Position numbers and translations under genes: made by a program. The notes beneath the pieces were generated by a model, which was given only the letters and a program-made list of their open reading frames with translations, did no database searches and was not told where the DNA came from. Below, piece by piece: positions 32,532 to 42,405 of a DNA stretch of 64,000 nucleotides; position 1 is the stretch's first letter; each line of letters starts with the position of its first letter. This DNA is from Nostoc sp. DedSLP01 (GTDB lineage: Bacteria > Cyanobacteriota > Cyanobacteriia > Cyanobacteriales > Nostocaceae), in the NCBI GenBank assembly GCA_034530875.2, contig JAVRCJ020000015.1, positions 133,580-197,579 of the forward strand. The letters run 5' to 3'.

Positions 32532-33443
32532 CTAACGATTGCGGAATCTTTGATGTCTAAAAAATAATTGACTATCACCATAAAATGATGATATAAATTC
32601 CGATGTGGTTTCAATGTGTCCGATAATCTTAGCTTTTTGACGGTTATTATTTTTATCTGTAGCTTCTTCCTGGCTAACGCCATAGACAGTATATAAAGAT
32701 GTGCCGCTGGGAATTGTAGCTAGGTCATTTCTAAAGTCATGTGGTGGACTTTCTGGAAATTTGATATTTGGATTAGGAACGAGGAATACTTGGGCGGGAT
32801 AATCAGCTTTACTTTCTTTGTGACCGTGCTGGTCAATTTCTCCTAAATCTTCTAAATACAATTTAGTGGGATATTTGGTAACTCGGCTAAATATTAAGTT
32901 AGTGACAATAGGGCCAAAGCTCTTAGCTACTGGAACAATATTTGATAATTCATTAGCGAAGAAATTATAGTTTTTACCTTGACCAACTAAAGATACTAAA
33001 GCTGAAAAATTTCCTGAAGGATTTTCATCTACAAATAACTTGAGGGCAAGACCTGGAGCAAATCCGCGATCGCTCGGTTCTCCAGTTACAGATAATCGCA
33101 AAAGTCCGTAATCTGCTCCCTTAAATAAACCCGAAAATGAAGTGTTATTTTCAGGAATATACTTGATTTTCGCAACACTTCCGTGGGCGTGGATTGCTTT
33201 CTTCCAATTAGTAGGTGCTTCGTCTGATTGACGATCCATCTTAGTTTTCAAAGCTGTGAAAAATAAACCCACAATATCAATTTTTCTCAAGGGCGGAAGT
33301 TCATCGTATTTAGATTTGAGAATTCTAGAGTTCCATAAAAAATCTTGTTTTTGGGCAGCTTTCCAAGATTGGTAATCTTCAGGTAAGGAACCCAAATCTT
33401 GAGCGTTATGCCAAAATTTCCGAATTTCTTCTAAATGTTCCAT
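32532..33443 (-). CDS. Catalase-fold (heme-dependent catalase-like) hypothetical protein
   Basis: KAIHAHG, GLLRLS and PGLALK pattern resembles small catalase-related proteins. Confidence 0.6.
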   Translation of the reverse strand: MEHLEEIRKFWHNAQDLGSLPEDYQSWKAAQKQDFLWNSRILKSKYDELPPLRKIDIVGLFFTALKTKMDRQSDEAPTNWKKAIHAHGSVAKIKYIPENNTSFSGLFKGADYGLLRLSVTGEPSDRGFAPGLALKLFVDENPSGNFSALVSLVGQGKNYNFFANELSNIVPVAKSFGPIVTNLIFSRVTKYPTKLYLEDLGEIDQHGHKESKADYPAQVFLVPNPNIKFPESPPHDFRNDLATIPSGTSLYTVYGVSQEEATDKNNNRQKAKIIGHIETTSEFISSFYGDSQLFFRHQRFRNR

Positions 33444-33556
33444 AATCTTTGTGGGGAGTGGGGAGTGGGGAGTAGGGAGTAGGGAACGGGGAGATGGAGA
33501 GAATAATTTTTAACTCCTAAGTCAACAGTCAACACTCCCAATTCCCCATAGGCGAT

Positions 33557-35320
33557 TTAACCGACCTTTCTCCAAGGTTTAAAGCCGTTGCTGACACCGA
33601 AGAAAGCAGGTGCTAGTTCTGGATAATGGCGGCGCAGGATTGTTAGGAAGGTGTTGTTGTCAATCCAATCCAATCCGAATTGGGTGTAAACTTCAGCTGT
33701 ATAGTCTTTGGTAAAGAAGCGATCGCTTTTTAGTCTTCGAGATGCCATGAGGATAAACACACGAAAAGCAGTATCGCTAAAACCGAAACCTTCTGGCAGA
33801 TCCTCTGCAAATAGACCCACCATCAAATCTACGCTGTCAATATCGTTGTTATAGACTTCGCGTAATTCTTTAGCCCATTGTTTATTACTTGTAATCTCTT
33901 CAAAAGATTTAACTCTACCCCGACCTAATAACTCACGAAAACGGTTATAGCGAGGAACGCCTCTTTCCCGGTCGCGCAAAATATCAACAGCAGCCAAATC
34001 AAATATTGGTGTGTCGTCTCCAAAAACTTCTCCGGTCAACTGCCGCAAAAAGCGGGGATAATTATGCAATCTTACGGCTCCTGGGTAAGAAGTTCCAAAA
34101 GAGTAAAACAAATCTTGCATAGAAGTTTCTTTTAAAATCCCATGAGCTTTGCTACCAGCTACCTCAGAAAATTCTTTTTTCTGCAATAATTTGCCGTTAC
34201 TAACTGCATGAAACTCCAAATCATCTGGAATTAAAGGATGCATTCGGTATACAGATACGAATTCTTGGGTGAGGTAATAAGGAGCAGTATGGTGGTCGGT
34301 TGGCGAACCAACAATTCCACTAAACAGTTCGCTATCGCCAATGCGACCCCAACGCTTTTTAAAGTCTTCTCCCAGTAATCCCCACCAGTTGGAATTCAAG
34401 GCAATGTCGGTCGCCGGATGTGGGAGGATAGCAGGAGTCCATTCAACAGTATGAATCTTAGCAGTCAAAGCTGCGACAATCAGCCGAGCGTGGTCGAAGA
34501 GTTCGTTATCTGTCCACTCAGGATAGATTTTCTTTAAATGGTCGCAGATCGTATTATGTTCTTTGATAAATAAGATGTGCAACATGCTTAGTCCTACCCA
34601 CCAAGCACCGGCAAAGCCTACCTTGTGAATGCCATTTTCTGGGTGAACTGGTAAAAAGCCGTCTTCATCAAGAAGCATTTTGCCATCAACATGAGAGCGC
34701 AGTGAGTCAATGGTTTCTTGATTGCTGCCATAAATTTGTGAAGCATCCCACCAGTGAGTAACTTCATTAATAAAACTCGGAGGTTTTGTTGTATCTCCGG
34801 TACGGGTTTTGTCTTCTAAGGTTTTGTTGACTGTCATCGGCCCGTGTTCTGATAACCACGGGTCATCCTTTTCTATGGGAATTTCAAATTTGTTATTGCG
34901 TTGGTTCGCGCCATGAGTGAACCAATCATGTGTTTGAAATTGAATCCAGGAAGCAGCGAGTAAATTCAAGATTGTCGCAGGTTGAAATTCACCTCGTGCT
35001 AATAACACTCGGCTGACAGTGCGCGGATTTGGGGTGAGTATGTTTTGTTCGTCAAATTTCGCATCTTGCAGTGGCACATTGCGCCCAAGCCGAGTCCCAG
35101 CCATGCCCATTTCCGGATGCTCAAGGTCATTGTAACTGCCATCCGCGCTGCGAACTTTCAAATTGCGATCGCCCGCAATGGGAGCAGGCTTAGGCAACTT
35201 ATCTTTATCTGGTAGTTGTGAGGTATCGTGGAGGTTCTCTTTTCGCAGCTTACTACGGAATTGAACTAATTTTAAAAGTGCAAGGGGAGTCGGCAATTTA
35301 TGCCACGGAATTCCAAACAT
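33557..35320 (-). CDS. Peroxidase-cyclooxygenase superfamily enzyme, fatty-acid alpha-dioxygenase-like
   Basis: RSADGSYNDL, QFQTHDW, WDASQIYG, AKIHTVEWT, YRMHPL, RDRERG and ASRRLKSDRF motifs; GGAGG RBS before ATG 35320. Confidence 0.88.
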   Translation of the reverse strand: MFGIPWHKLPTPLALLKLVQFRSKLRKENLHDTSQLPDKDKLPKPAPIAGDRNLKVRSADGSYNDLEHPEMGMAGTRLGRNVPLQDAKFDEQNILTPNPRTVSRVLLARGEFQPATILNLLAASWIQFQTHDWFTHGANQRNNKFEIPIEKDDPWLSEHGPMTVNKTLEDKTRTGDTTKPPSFINEVTHWWDASQIYGSNQETIDSLRSHVDGKMLLDEDGFLPVHPENGIHKVGFAGAWWVGLSMLHILFIKEHNTICDHLKKIYPEWTDNELFDHARLIVAALTAKIHTVEWTPAILPHPATDIALNSNWWGLLGEDFKKRWGRIGDSELFSGIVGSPTDHHTAPYYLTQEFVSVYRMHPLIPDDLEFHAVSNGKLLQKKEFSEVAGSKAHGILKETSMQDLFYSFGTSYPGAVRLHNYPRFLRQLTGEVFGDDTPIFDLAAVDILRDRERGVPRYNRFRELLGRGRVKSFEEITSNKQWAKELREVYNNDIDSVDLMVGLFAEDLPEGFGFSDTAFRVFILMASRRLKSDRFFTKDYTAEVYTQFGLDWIDNNTFLTILRRHYPELAPAFFGVSNGFKPWRKVG

Positions 35321-36080
35321 GATTTTACCTCCTGGCAAATAATTTCAAATCTCGTCAACTCTAGTTCTCAAGGTTATTTATTTGATATTAAAAACTTCCT
35401 TGAATCTGCCTAGAACAAAATAACAAAATTACTGAAAATGACCCATCTTTTACAAAGCTAATTTATAAAGAAAATATTAAATTTTTACCTGCATTCAAGC
35501 AGTATGATGCTTCGCTATTGATGTTGTATTAGAGCGTAAAAATTTGTAACTACTGGAGTAATTACACCTGAAATTGCGCCTAATACAACAATAGCGATCG
35601 CCAGCAGAAGACACCATTCATCTGCCTTTCCATAACCTTAATTTAATATTTACTTTACAAGTTGTCTCTAAAATAGATGCTCGTGATAATAAATTCAGCG
35701 CCAAATTCCAAGCAGCAAAAACTTGCAGCAAAGATGGCATTAATTTGAATTTTCGGTCAATCCTGCTCCTGATTTACATCGTCAAGATAGACGATCCCAC
35801 TAATGTGGTTAATTGAATAATGCAATATAATTTTGATTTTAACAACTGAATTTTAGTAAATTAACATCTGACGTTAAGAGTTATTTTGTAAACGTTTGTG
35901 AAGTAAAAAAATATTATTTTTGAGCAATTTAAATCTTAAAAATAATGGGGAATAGGGCATTGGGCAAGCAGGAAGTGTGGGAGGTGTGGGAGGTGTGGGA
36001 AGATGGGGAAGAAATCTTTCCCCCCTCTCTCCCCTCTCTCCCCACACTCCCCACACTTTCTTGTCTCCCCTGCTCCCCCT

Positions 36081-36812
36081 CTAATCCCCCTGCGGATATT
36101 CGTCCCACAAGGTTGTCAGTTCTCGTAAACTTTGATGGTTGCCATTACCGAGAATGAGATGATCTAGTAGGGGAATGCCCAAAAGTTGCGCTCCTGTTAA
36201 CAACTGGCGCGTCAATTCTATATCTTCTTGGCTGGGTTCGAGGTTACCAGATGGATGGTTGTGAGCAACTATTACTTGCGTTGCGCCATGACGAATAACT
36301 TCCCGAAAAATTTCACGCGGAGAGGCTAGGGTTTCGGTTGCAGTACCAATAGTAATTACTTGCGTACCCAGCAAACGATTTTTAACATCTAAGAGTAAAA
36401 CTGCAAAACGTTCTTGTATCTGCCACATCAAATCTTGACTGAGGGTTGCAGCAGCAGCAAGCGGACTATCAATTAGTGTCCCCTCAGAAGGTCGAGATTG
36501 AAAAGCACGTTTGCCCAATTCAATTGCTGCTAAAATACTTGTCGCCTTTGCCGGGCCAACACCAGGAATTTGCATTAATTCTGCGGGTGAAACTTCTCGC
36601 AAAACAGCTAAAGGATCGCGTTGGTGTTTGCCTAATTCACTCAAAATATATTGTCCCAAACCCACAGCTGACAGTTTCCCTGGCCCTTGACCAGTGCCTA
36701 GTAGAATTGCGATTAACTCAGCTGTGCCTAAAATTTTGGCACCATGCGTCATTAGCCGTTCGCGCGGACGCTCATTTGTCGGTAGGTCAGCAATTCTAAG
36801 GCAATAGGTCAT
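36081..36812 (-). CDS. radC: RadC family JAB-domain protein
   Basis: ERPRERL, GVGPAKA, AHNHPSG, PSQED and LDHLI motifs. Confidence 0.95.
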   Translation of the reverse strand: MTYCLRIADLPTNERPRERLMTHGAKILGTAELIAILLGTGQGPGKLSAVGLGQYILSELGKHQRDPLAVLREVSPAELMQIPGVGPAKATSILAAIELGKRAFQSRPSEGTLIDSPLAAAATLSQDLMWQIQERFAVLLLDVKNRLLGTQVITIGTATETLASPREIFREVIRHGATQVIVAHNHPSGNLEPSQEDIELTRQLLTGAQLLGIPLLDHLILGNGNHQSLRELTTLWDEYPQGD

Positions 36813-36979
36813 AGCAAACTCAGAGAATAGTCACCAAAGATGGAAGTATTTTTAGTTATCCCTTGTTTGCTATCTAAATTCTCTTTTTTTGAGAAAATCT
36901 TTAATTTTGAGGATTTCTTGGGGTCATAAAATGTGTAACTTTCTCAGGGAATACTAAAAATTATTATGATTTTGTGGCG

Positions 36980-37576
36980 ATGCCTACCGCAGTAAACTAC
37001 GCTATGTTTGACGATTTATTCAATAATCTCAAAGGTTTTATTGACTCTAAAATTCAAGAAGTTGGTAACGAGCTGCAAAAGCGCTTCGGCATTCCCGAAC
37101 CCGCAGAGCCGTTTGTGCTGATTCGTCGATTCACGACTGCTGATTCCACAATTACCAGGGGAGGCATTAGAACTGTAGGAGAAACCTGGGAAATTGAGGC
37201 TTATGAAGATAATACTCAACTGTTGATAAGCAGTGTCGATCCTTTGCGAAATGTCATCTTGTTTGAAGTTGCAGAACCGGATGTCCAAGAGTGTGTTTTT
37301 GCTTGTCAATTTAATGCGAAAGCTCTAAACACAGAAAAACCAATCAAAGTAAGCTTAGGTTTACGTAAGCCAGGACAGTGGGGTGCAATGACAACAACTT
37401 CATGGTCTACAGGAATTTCACCAACTCAAGATTTTCAGCGTTACGAAGTGCGTGCCCATTTTAAAAAAGAAACAGATGCTGCCAAAGTTCAAATTAGCGT
37501 GCAATTTGAAAGTAGTGGCATTCTTGAGATTAGAGACATTCAACTGCTGCAAGCCTCGGTCAAATCACAATCATAA
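36980..37576 (+). CDS. Hypothetical protein
   Basis: About 200-aa ORF with normal composition; no motif recognised. Confidence 0.7.
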   Translation: MPTAVNYAMFDDLFNNLKGFIDSKIQEVGNELQKRFGIPEPAEPFVLIRRFTTADSTITRGGIRTVGETWEIEAYEDNTQLLISSVDPLRNVILFEVAEPDVQECVFACQFNAKALNTEKPIKVSLGLRKPGQWGAMTTTSWSTGISPTQDFQRYEVRAHFKKETDAAKVQISVQFESSGILEIRDIQLLQASVKSQS

Positions 37577-37722
37577 GCAATAGACATAGGAGTGAAAATG
37601 AATGTAGAGGCGTAGCAATGCTATGTCTCTACAAGGGTTCTGGATGACGCATATTTAATTTCTGGAGATGTCTAATATCTAAACACTTCACTCAAATGCT
37701 AGCAACTTCAATTCCTTGTATT

Positions 37723-38658
37723 TTATATATATATTTGCGTTGCTTTGAGCATGTGGTAAGTAATAATTAACTGAGTCAGAGCGAGGGGATAACTTTGGAG
37801 TGTTTCCCCAGTTGTACCAGCAATTTTGCCGAGTTCTGGGTTGCTTTCGCGATCGCAAATATTTCTCAGATGAGGCATATCAGAACAGATAATATGCTCT
37901 AATTTATTCACCTGTTCTAAGGTGGCATGACCATCAACTTCTAAAACATCTACAGGTTTACCCATATCCCTGTCTAGTCCCAGACGGATGGCTGACTCGG
38001 AATTCCAGCCAGAGGTAGTAATTGTGGTGAAATCTGGATGAGGAATTGTTGGACGGAGTACTAGCCGGACATTCAGGTGTCCGTTGCTTTCATCTTCTTC
38101 CTCGGCAGGTGGATAGAAACTAATAACGATATCAGACCATTGACGTTGGGGACGGATGAATTGTGCTGAGTCTGGTTCGCGCTTTTCTAGTTCCGCCAGC
38201 ACTTGTTCGGGAGTGTAACCCCGCTTTTGGGTATCTCGTTTGACTTTCCAGTTAGCGCGTAGTTCTTCAGGAGGCGCAAGGTAAACTTTTACGTCATAAG
38301 AATCGCGGGCGACGCGGGTAGAATAACCGAGTAATCCCTCAATAATCACGAATTTATTCGGTTTTATATACTGCGGTGGCTCGAATGTGCCTGTTTTATG
38401 GCTGTAAACTGGCTTGAGAATGGGCTGTCCTGTGCGTAGTAGCGACAGGTGTTGCTGCATAATATCTAAGTAGTTGCAGTCAGGGTGGAGAGCAGTGATG
38501 CCGATTTCTGCACGTTGTTGGCGATCGTAACGGTGATAATCATCCGTACAAATCAGCGTTACATTTTCTGGCCCGAGTACCTGAGCGATTCCCCGCGTTA
38601 GTGTTGTTTTCCCAGCAGCACTGTCGCCTACAATACCAAGAATTATTGGACGGCTCAC
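37723..38658 (-). CDS. prk: Phosphoribulokinase / PRK-like kinase
   Basis: GDSAAGKTT, DDYHRYDR, IEGL and KVKRD motifs; may be the second PRK-like paralog. Confidence 0.85.
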   Translation of the reverse strand: MSRPIILGIVGDSAAGKTTLTRGIAQVLGPENVTLICTDDYHRYDRQQRAEIGITALHPDCNYLDIMQQHLSLLRTGQPILKPVYSHKTGTFEPPQYIKPNKFVIIEGLLGYSTRVARDSYDVKVYLAPPEELRANWKVKRDTQKRGYTPEQVLAELEKREPDSAQFIRPQRQWSDIVISFYPPAEEEDESNGHLNVRLVLRPTIPHPDFTTITTSGWNSESAIRLGLDRDMGKPVDVLEVDGHATLEQVNKLEHIICSDMPHLRNICDRESNPELGKIAGTTGETLQSYPLALTQLIITYHMLKATQIYI

Positions 38659-38865
38659 ATCCTACCTCCCACAATAAAAACTAGTTTAGTAATAAAATTT
38701 CCTCGTAATAGTTTTAATTCTAAAAGGGTTTAGGCAAGTAACTCAAACAATGACTTGGTATGCAATATCTCTACACATAGAGCCTCTGTGCGCTGTTTTA
38801 TTACGTAATAATTACAATCTGCATTATTTGTCAAGTCATCTCTACGCACAATAAAAGATACGAAA

Positions 38866-39300
38866 TTAAATATCGCCTCTTAAATCTACTTTTAACCGCA
38901 GATACTCAATTTTGATGCACGCATCCATCACTAGATTGAGTCCTGCATCTAAAGCTTTTTGTGCTGATGGTTGATGCGAGATACCCAATTGTGCCCATAC
39001 GGTTTTTGCATTCGCAGCAATTGCTTCATCTACAATTTCCGGCAAGTACTCAGAACGGCGAAACACGTTAACGATATCCACGGGTTCTGGTAATTCCTGG
39101 AGTGCAGCATAACTCGGTTTACCGTCTATTTCTTTAACTAAAGGATTGACGGCGTAAACTGTATAGCCTACCTGCCGTAAGAATTGGGCGATTTGATAGC
39201 TGGTACGATCGCGTTTATCAGAGTGTCCTACAACAGCAATGGTTTTGGCTTGAGTCAACACCTCACGCAAGGCGTTATCATCTTCTTTAAGGTTTGGCAC
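38866..39300 (-). CDS. CoA-binding protein (YccU-like)
   Basis: IAVVGHS, VDIVNVFR, WAQLG and DACIKIE motifs. Confidence 0.9.
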   Translation of the reverse strand: MPNLKEDDNALREVLTQAKTIAVVGHSDKRDRTSYQIAQFLRQVGYTVYAVNPLVKEIDGKPSYAALQELPEPVDIVNVFRRSEYLPEIVDEAIAANAKTVWAQLGISHQPSAQKALDAGLNLVMDACIKIEYLRLKVDLRGDI

Positions 39301-39358
39301 GATCTAAATATCCTTTGCGATCGCTTTGCTGATTGTACCTAATTAATTCCCCAATCTG

Positions 39359-40021
39359 ATGACAACGCAAACAATAGGGCTAGAAAAAAATTTATACGAT
39401 TATTTACTGTCAATTTCGATGCGAGAACCGGAAGTTTTAACTCAACTCAGGCAAGAAACAGCCCAACATCGAGCAGGTAGAATGCAGATTGCTCCCGAAC
39501 AAGGGCAGTTTATGGGATTGCTGGTGCAGTTGCTTGGCGCTAAGAAAACTTTGGATATTGGTGTATTTACTGGCTATAGTTCCTTGGTGGTAGCATTGGC
39601 GTTACCGAGGGATGGTAAAGTAGTAGCCTGTGATATCAGTGAGGAATTTACAGCGATCGCTCGGCGTTATTGGCAGCAAGCAGGAGTAGCAAATAAAATC
39701 GAGTTGCACATCGCGCCAGCTTTGGAAACTTTAGATAACCTACTGGCAACAGGAGAAACAGAAACCTTTGATTTTGCGTTTATCGATGCAGATAAAAGCA
39801 ACTATGATGCATATTACGAGCGATCGCTGCAATTAGTACGTCCGGGGGGAGTAATTGCGATCGATAATGTCTTATGGTATGGCAAAGTTGCTGACCCGCA
39901 AGTGCAAGATAATGCAACTAAAAAAATTCGTGCTTTTAATCAGAAGTTGCATCAAGATGGGCGAGTTAATCTGAGTTTAATTCCTATTGGAGATGGTTTG
40001 ACTCTGGCACTGAAGAAGTAA
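39359..40021 (+). CDS. Caffeoyl-CoA-type O-methyltransferase
   Basis: IGVFTGYS, FIDADK, DNVLW and GDGLT motifs. Confidence 0.92.
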   Translation: MTTQTIGLEKNLYDYLLSISMREPEVLTQLRQETAQHRAGRMQIAPEQGQFMGLLVQLLGAKKTLDIGVFTGYSSLVVALALPRDGKVVACDISEEFTAIARRYWQQAGVANKIELHIAPALETLDNLLATGETETFDFAFIDADKSNYDAYYERSLQLVRPGGVIAIDNVLWYGKVADPQVQDNATKKIRAFNQKLHQDGRVNLSLIPIGDGLTLALKK

Positions 40022-40244
40022 ATATACGACTACAACAGATGCAGTAGAGAAGAATCTTAGCAAGTCATAAATGCTAGGCAGTTTATAATATTTACCCTTG
40101 GTAAAGAGTACCAATATATTTATTATTGTTTGTTCTAAAAATTTAACTTATAACAAAAGTTAGAGAATGAATTTAATACCTGCAAATTTTCGCATTTCGA
40201 CAAATTTTATAATACCAAATTGAAAGCAGAATGCGACAAATGAT

Positions 40245-40400
40245 GTAGGGGCTTTACAGCTGTGCATTGGTGTCAACTTAAGCTCAAACTCTTGCCTCAG
40301 AATCGTTTTACCCCACCCCCAACCCCTCCCCTTGCCAAGGGGAGGGGCGGTTTTGGCTTTAGACAAAACCGGGGTGGGGTAACGCGGATCTTGACCTAGT
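40245..40400. repeat. Half REP-like arm followed by a GC-rich nested palindromic element
   Basis: GTAGGGGCTTTACAGCTGT followed by TTACCCCACCCC...GGGGTGGGGTAA hairpin at 40308-40382. Confidence 0.6.
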
Positions 40401-40587
40401 TTTAATTATAATAACTTTTATTTATCAATTTAAATACTAAATATATTTGCTTTTATCTAGCAGATTTTTTAGCATATCCATGTGGAAAGTTATTTAACTA
40501 ACAAACCTGAAGATGAACTGATAATTCTAATTCAAAAAGTGAATTATCCAGTCTAAATATTCTGCAAGTATTGTTGAGGTTGATTTT

Positions 40588-40758
40588 ATGTATAAACTAT
40601 TTAGTATTTTTACAGCTAATCAAAACAAGATAAGCGTACCAATAAATAGACCGGAAAAATTTGAAGCTTGGTCTAGGCATTATACAAGGGTGAATTATCT
40701 TAAAAGCTTTGATACTGCTTTTATTGCCTATTACATGATGGGATTTGACAGTTTTTAA
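40588..40758 (+). CDS. Small hypothetical protein, 56 aa, not in the ORF track (MYKLFSIF...VNYLKSFDTAFIAYYMMGFDSF)
   Basis: Manual translation; GAGG RBS upstream; paralogous C-terminus to 27898-28098. Confidence 0.6.
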   Translation: MYKLFSIFTANQNKISVPINRPEKFEAWSRHYTRVNYLKSFDTAFIAYYMMGFDSF

Positions 40759-40865
40759 GGTTGTATACAACTGCTCTTACATTGCGTTAAAAAGGTGACA
40801 ATACTCTCGCGCTTGCCTACTGTTTGTTTACAGGTAGATAAGAAATTTCTCATGAGGATAAACTG

Positions 40866-41210
40866 ATGAAAATCACAAAATTTATAAATTCTGCACTACT
40901 CATTGCTTCTATTGCTTTTGTACCTGGAATTGTTGGCGCCGAAACAGTCAATAATAGCAACAATAGCAGCTATATCCAGCCTTTTCATCTTGTCTTTTTA
41001 GCTTATCAAGGTTATTTAGAAAAACAGGGTATTCCCAGTATGGCCAATCTGTTATATGAATACCGAGTAGGAAAGGTGACTGCACAAGATATAGTTGAGG
41101 CTGGTGTTAAGGCTAACAGATTACCAGCAGAAGTTATCAATGATGAATCTTATCTCAACGTAGTTGATTTACAACTGTCATCATTAGATAATAATGATTT
41201 AGATTTTTAA
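40866..41210 (+). CDS. Secreted conserved cyanobacterial hypothetical protein
   Basis: GAGGA RBS, signal peptide, PFHLVFLAYQG..QGIPS motif. Confidence 0.8.
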   Translation: MKITKFINSALLIASIAFVPGIVGAETVNNSNNSSYIQPFHLVFLAYQGYLEKQGIPSMANLLYEYRVGKVTAQDIVEAGVKANRLPAEVINDESYLNVVDLQLSSLDNNDLDF

Positions 41211-41256
41211 ACAGGATTTCGTAAATTTGGATTTTAGATAATCCTGTGTTCAGAAA

Positions 41257-42405
41257 TTAAATCGCATTGTTATACAAAACTAAGGCATTTTGACGTAAAA
41301 TCGCAACTGCGATCGCCTCTGCTTCACTTGCGGTAATATCCAAATCGTCAATTGCTTGTTGTAGTACTTCTCCTAATATTTGGCGTCCCCATTTTGCCCC
41401 CAAATAATATAACTCTGGAATTGAGTGTGCGTCAGAAGAATACATCAATTTACTCGTAGGAGTTAGTTCTAATAATTGACGTATTGTCTCGCGCATTCCA
41501 GAGACGCTTAAAAATGGTATTGCCAAACCAAAATCTAAATGAACTTGGGGATAAACAGAAGCAAGATATCCAGCTTCTCGCATATAAGGATAGGAAGCGT
41601 GTAGCAGTACAATGGGTGCATTGCGATATTGGGGTATTTCTAAGAGCGATCGCAAATGCAGAGGATTCGCCAATCGTAAATCTAAATCGGGGTCACCGTA
41701 ACCGGTATGCAGTTGCACAGGTAACCGATATTTAGCCGCAATTAATAACGCTTGTTGTAAAAGAAAATCAATCAGCTGTTTGTTTATCAGACGCAGCGGT
41801 TGATTTTGCAGTTGTTTTTTGAGGTGATTAAAGTTAGCAGCAGCCGCATCCACAGTAACAGGTTGAATATCTAAACCAGTACGGTAACAAACAATGCTTT
41901 TAAAGGCTACAACCCCATTTGGTGGCGGGTCAAGTTGACTATTGAATGTTTCGAGGAAAGTTTCAAAATCTTCTATCTGGGGAATCAACTGTTCTGCCAA
42001 TACTTCCAAACGCAAAATCCTTTGCACCGAAATAAATCTTTCATGCCATGATATCGGCAAAATATTCTCTGGCAGCAATCCATCATCCAAGTAGATTGCT
42101 TGCAAGTTGGCAGCCTTAAAATATAGTTGTGTTAAATTTTCTAGCCCTAAGCTTTCGCGACGTGCCAAAATTGCCGCTTCCTGCGCTTCACATTCCAATA
42201 AAGCGGCAATATCCCGTAAGCTACGCCGATAAAAGAAAGTGTGACGGGCATGATAATTGATAATCTCTGAATCATAGCCTTCGGTAAAAGCAGCAGCATA
42301 AGGATAACTGGCGGCTACTTCAGGTTGTAAGAGATTGTGCGCGTGTTGGTCAATTAAGGGAATATCAGCAAGATTCATTGATGATACAGGGTTTTCCCCT
42401 TGCAT
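41257..42405 (-). CDS. Amidohydrolase family protein (FluG/NodGS N-terminal-like)
   Basis: IDQHAH, FKSIVCYR, QLHTGYGD, LLHASYP and YSSDAH motifs. Confidence 0.88.
   Translation of the reverse strand: MQGENPVSSMNLADIPLIDQHAHNLLQPEVAASYPYAAAFTEGYDSEIINYHARHTFFYRRSLRDIAALLECEAQEAAILARRESLGLENLTQLYFKAANLQAIYLDDGLLPENILPISWHERFISVQRILRLEVLAEQLIPQIEDFETFLETFNSQLDPPPNGVVAFKSIVCYRTGLDIQPVTVDAAAANFNHLKKQLQNQPLRLINKQLIDFLLQQALLIAAKYRLPVQLHTGYGDPDLDLRLANPLHLRSLLEIPQYRNAPIVLLHASYPYMREAGYLASVYPQVHLDFGLAIPFLSVSGMRETIRQLLELTPTSKLMYSSDAHSIPELYYLGAKWGRQILGEVLQQAIDDLDITASEAEAIAVAILRQNALVLYNNAI

Noticed and set aside
35874..36157. Short ORFs such as WEVWEVWE and PPTPPT
   Set aside because: Translations of 9-bp GGGAGGTGT/CCCACACT inverted repeat arms downstream of radC
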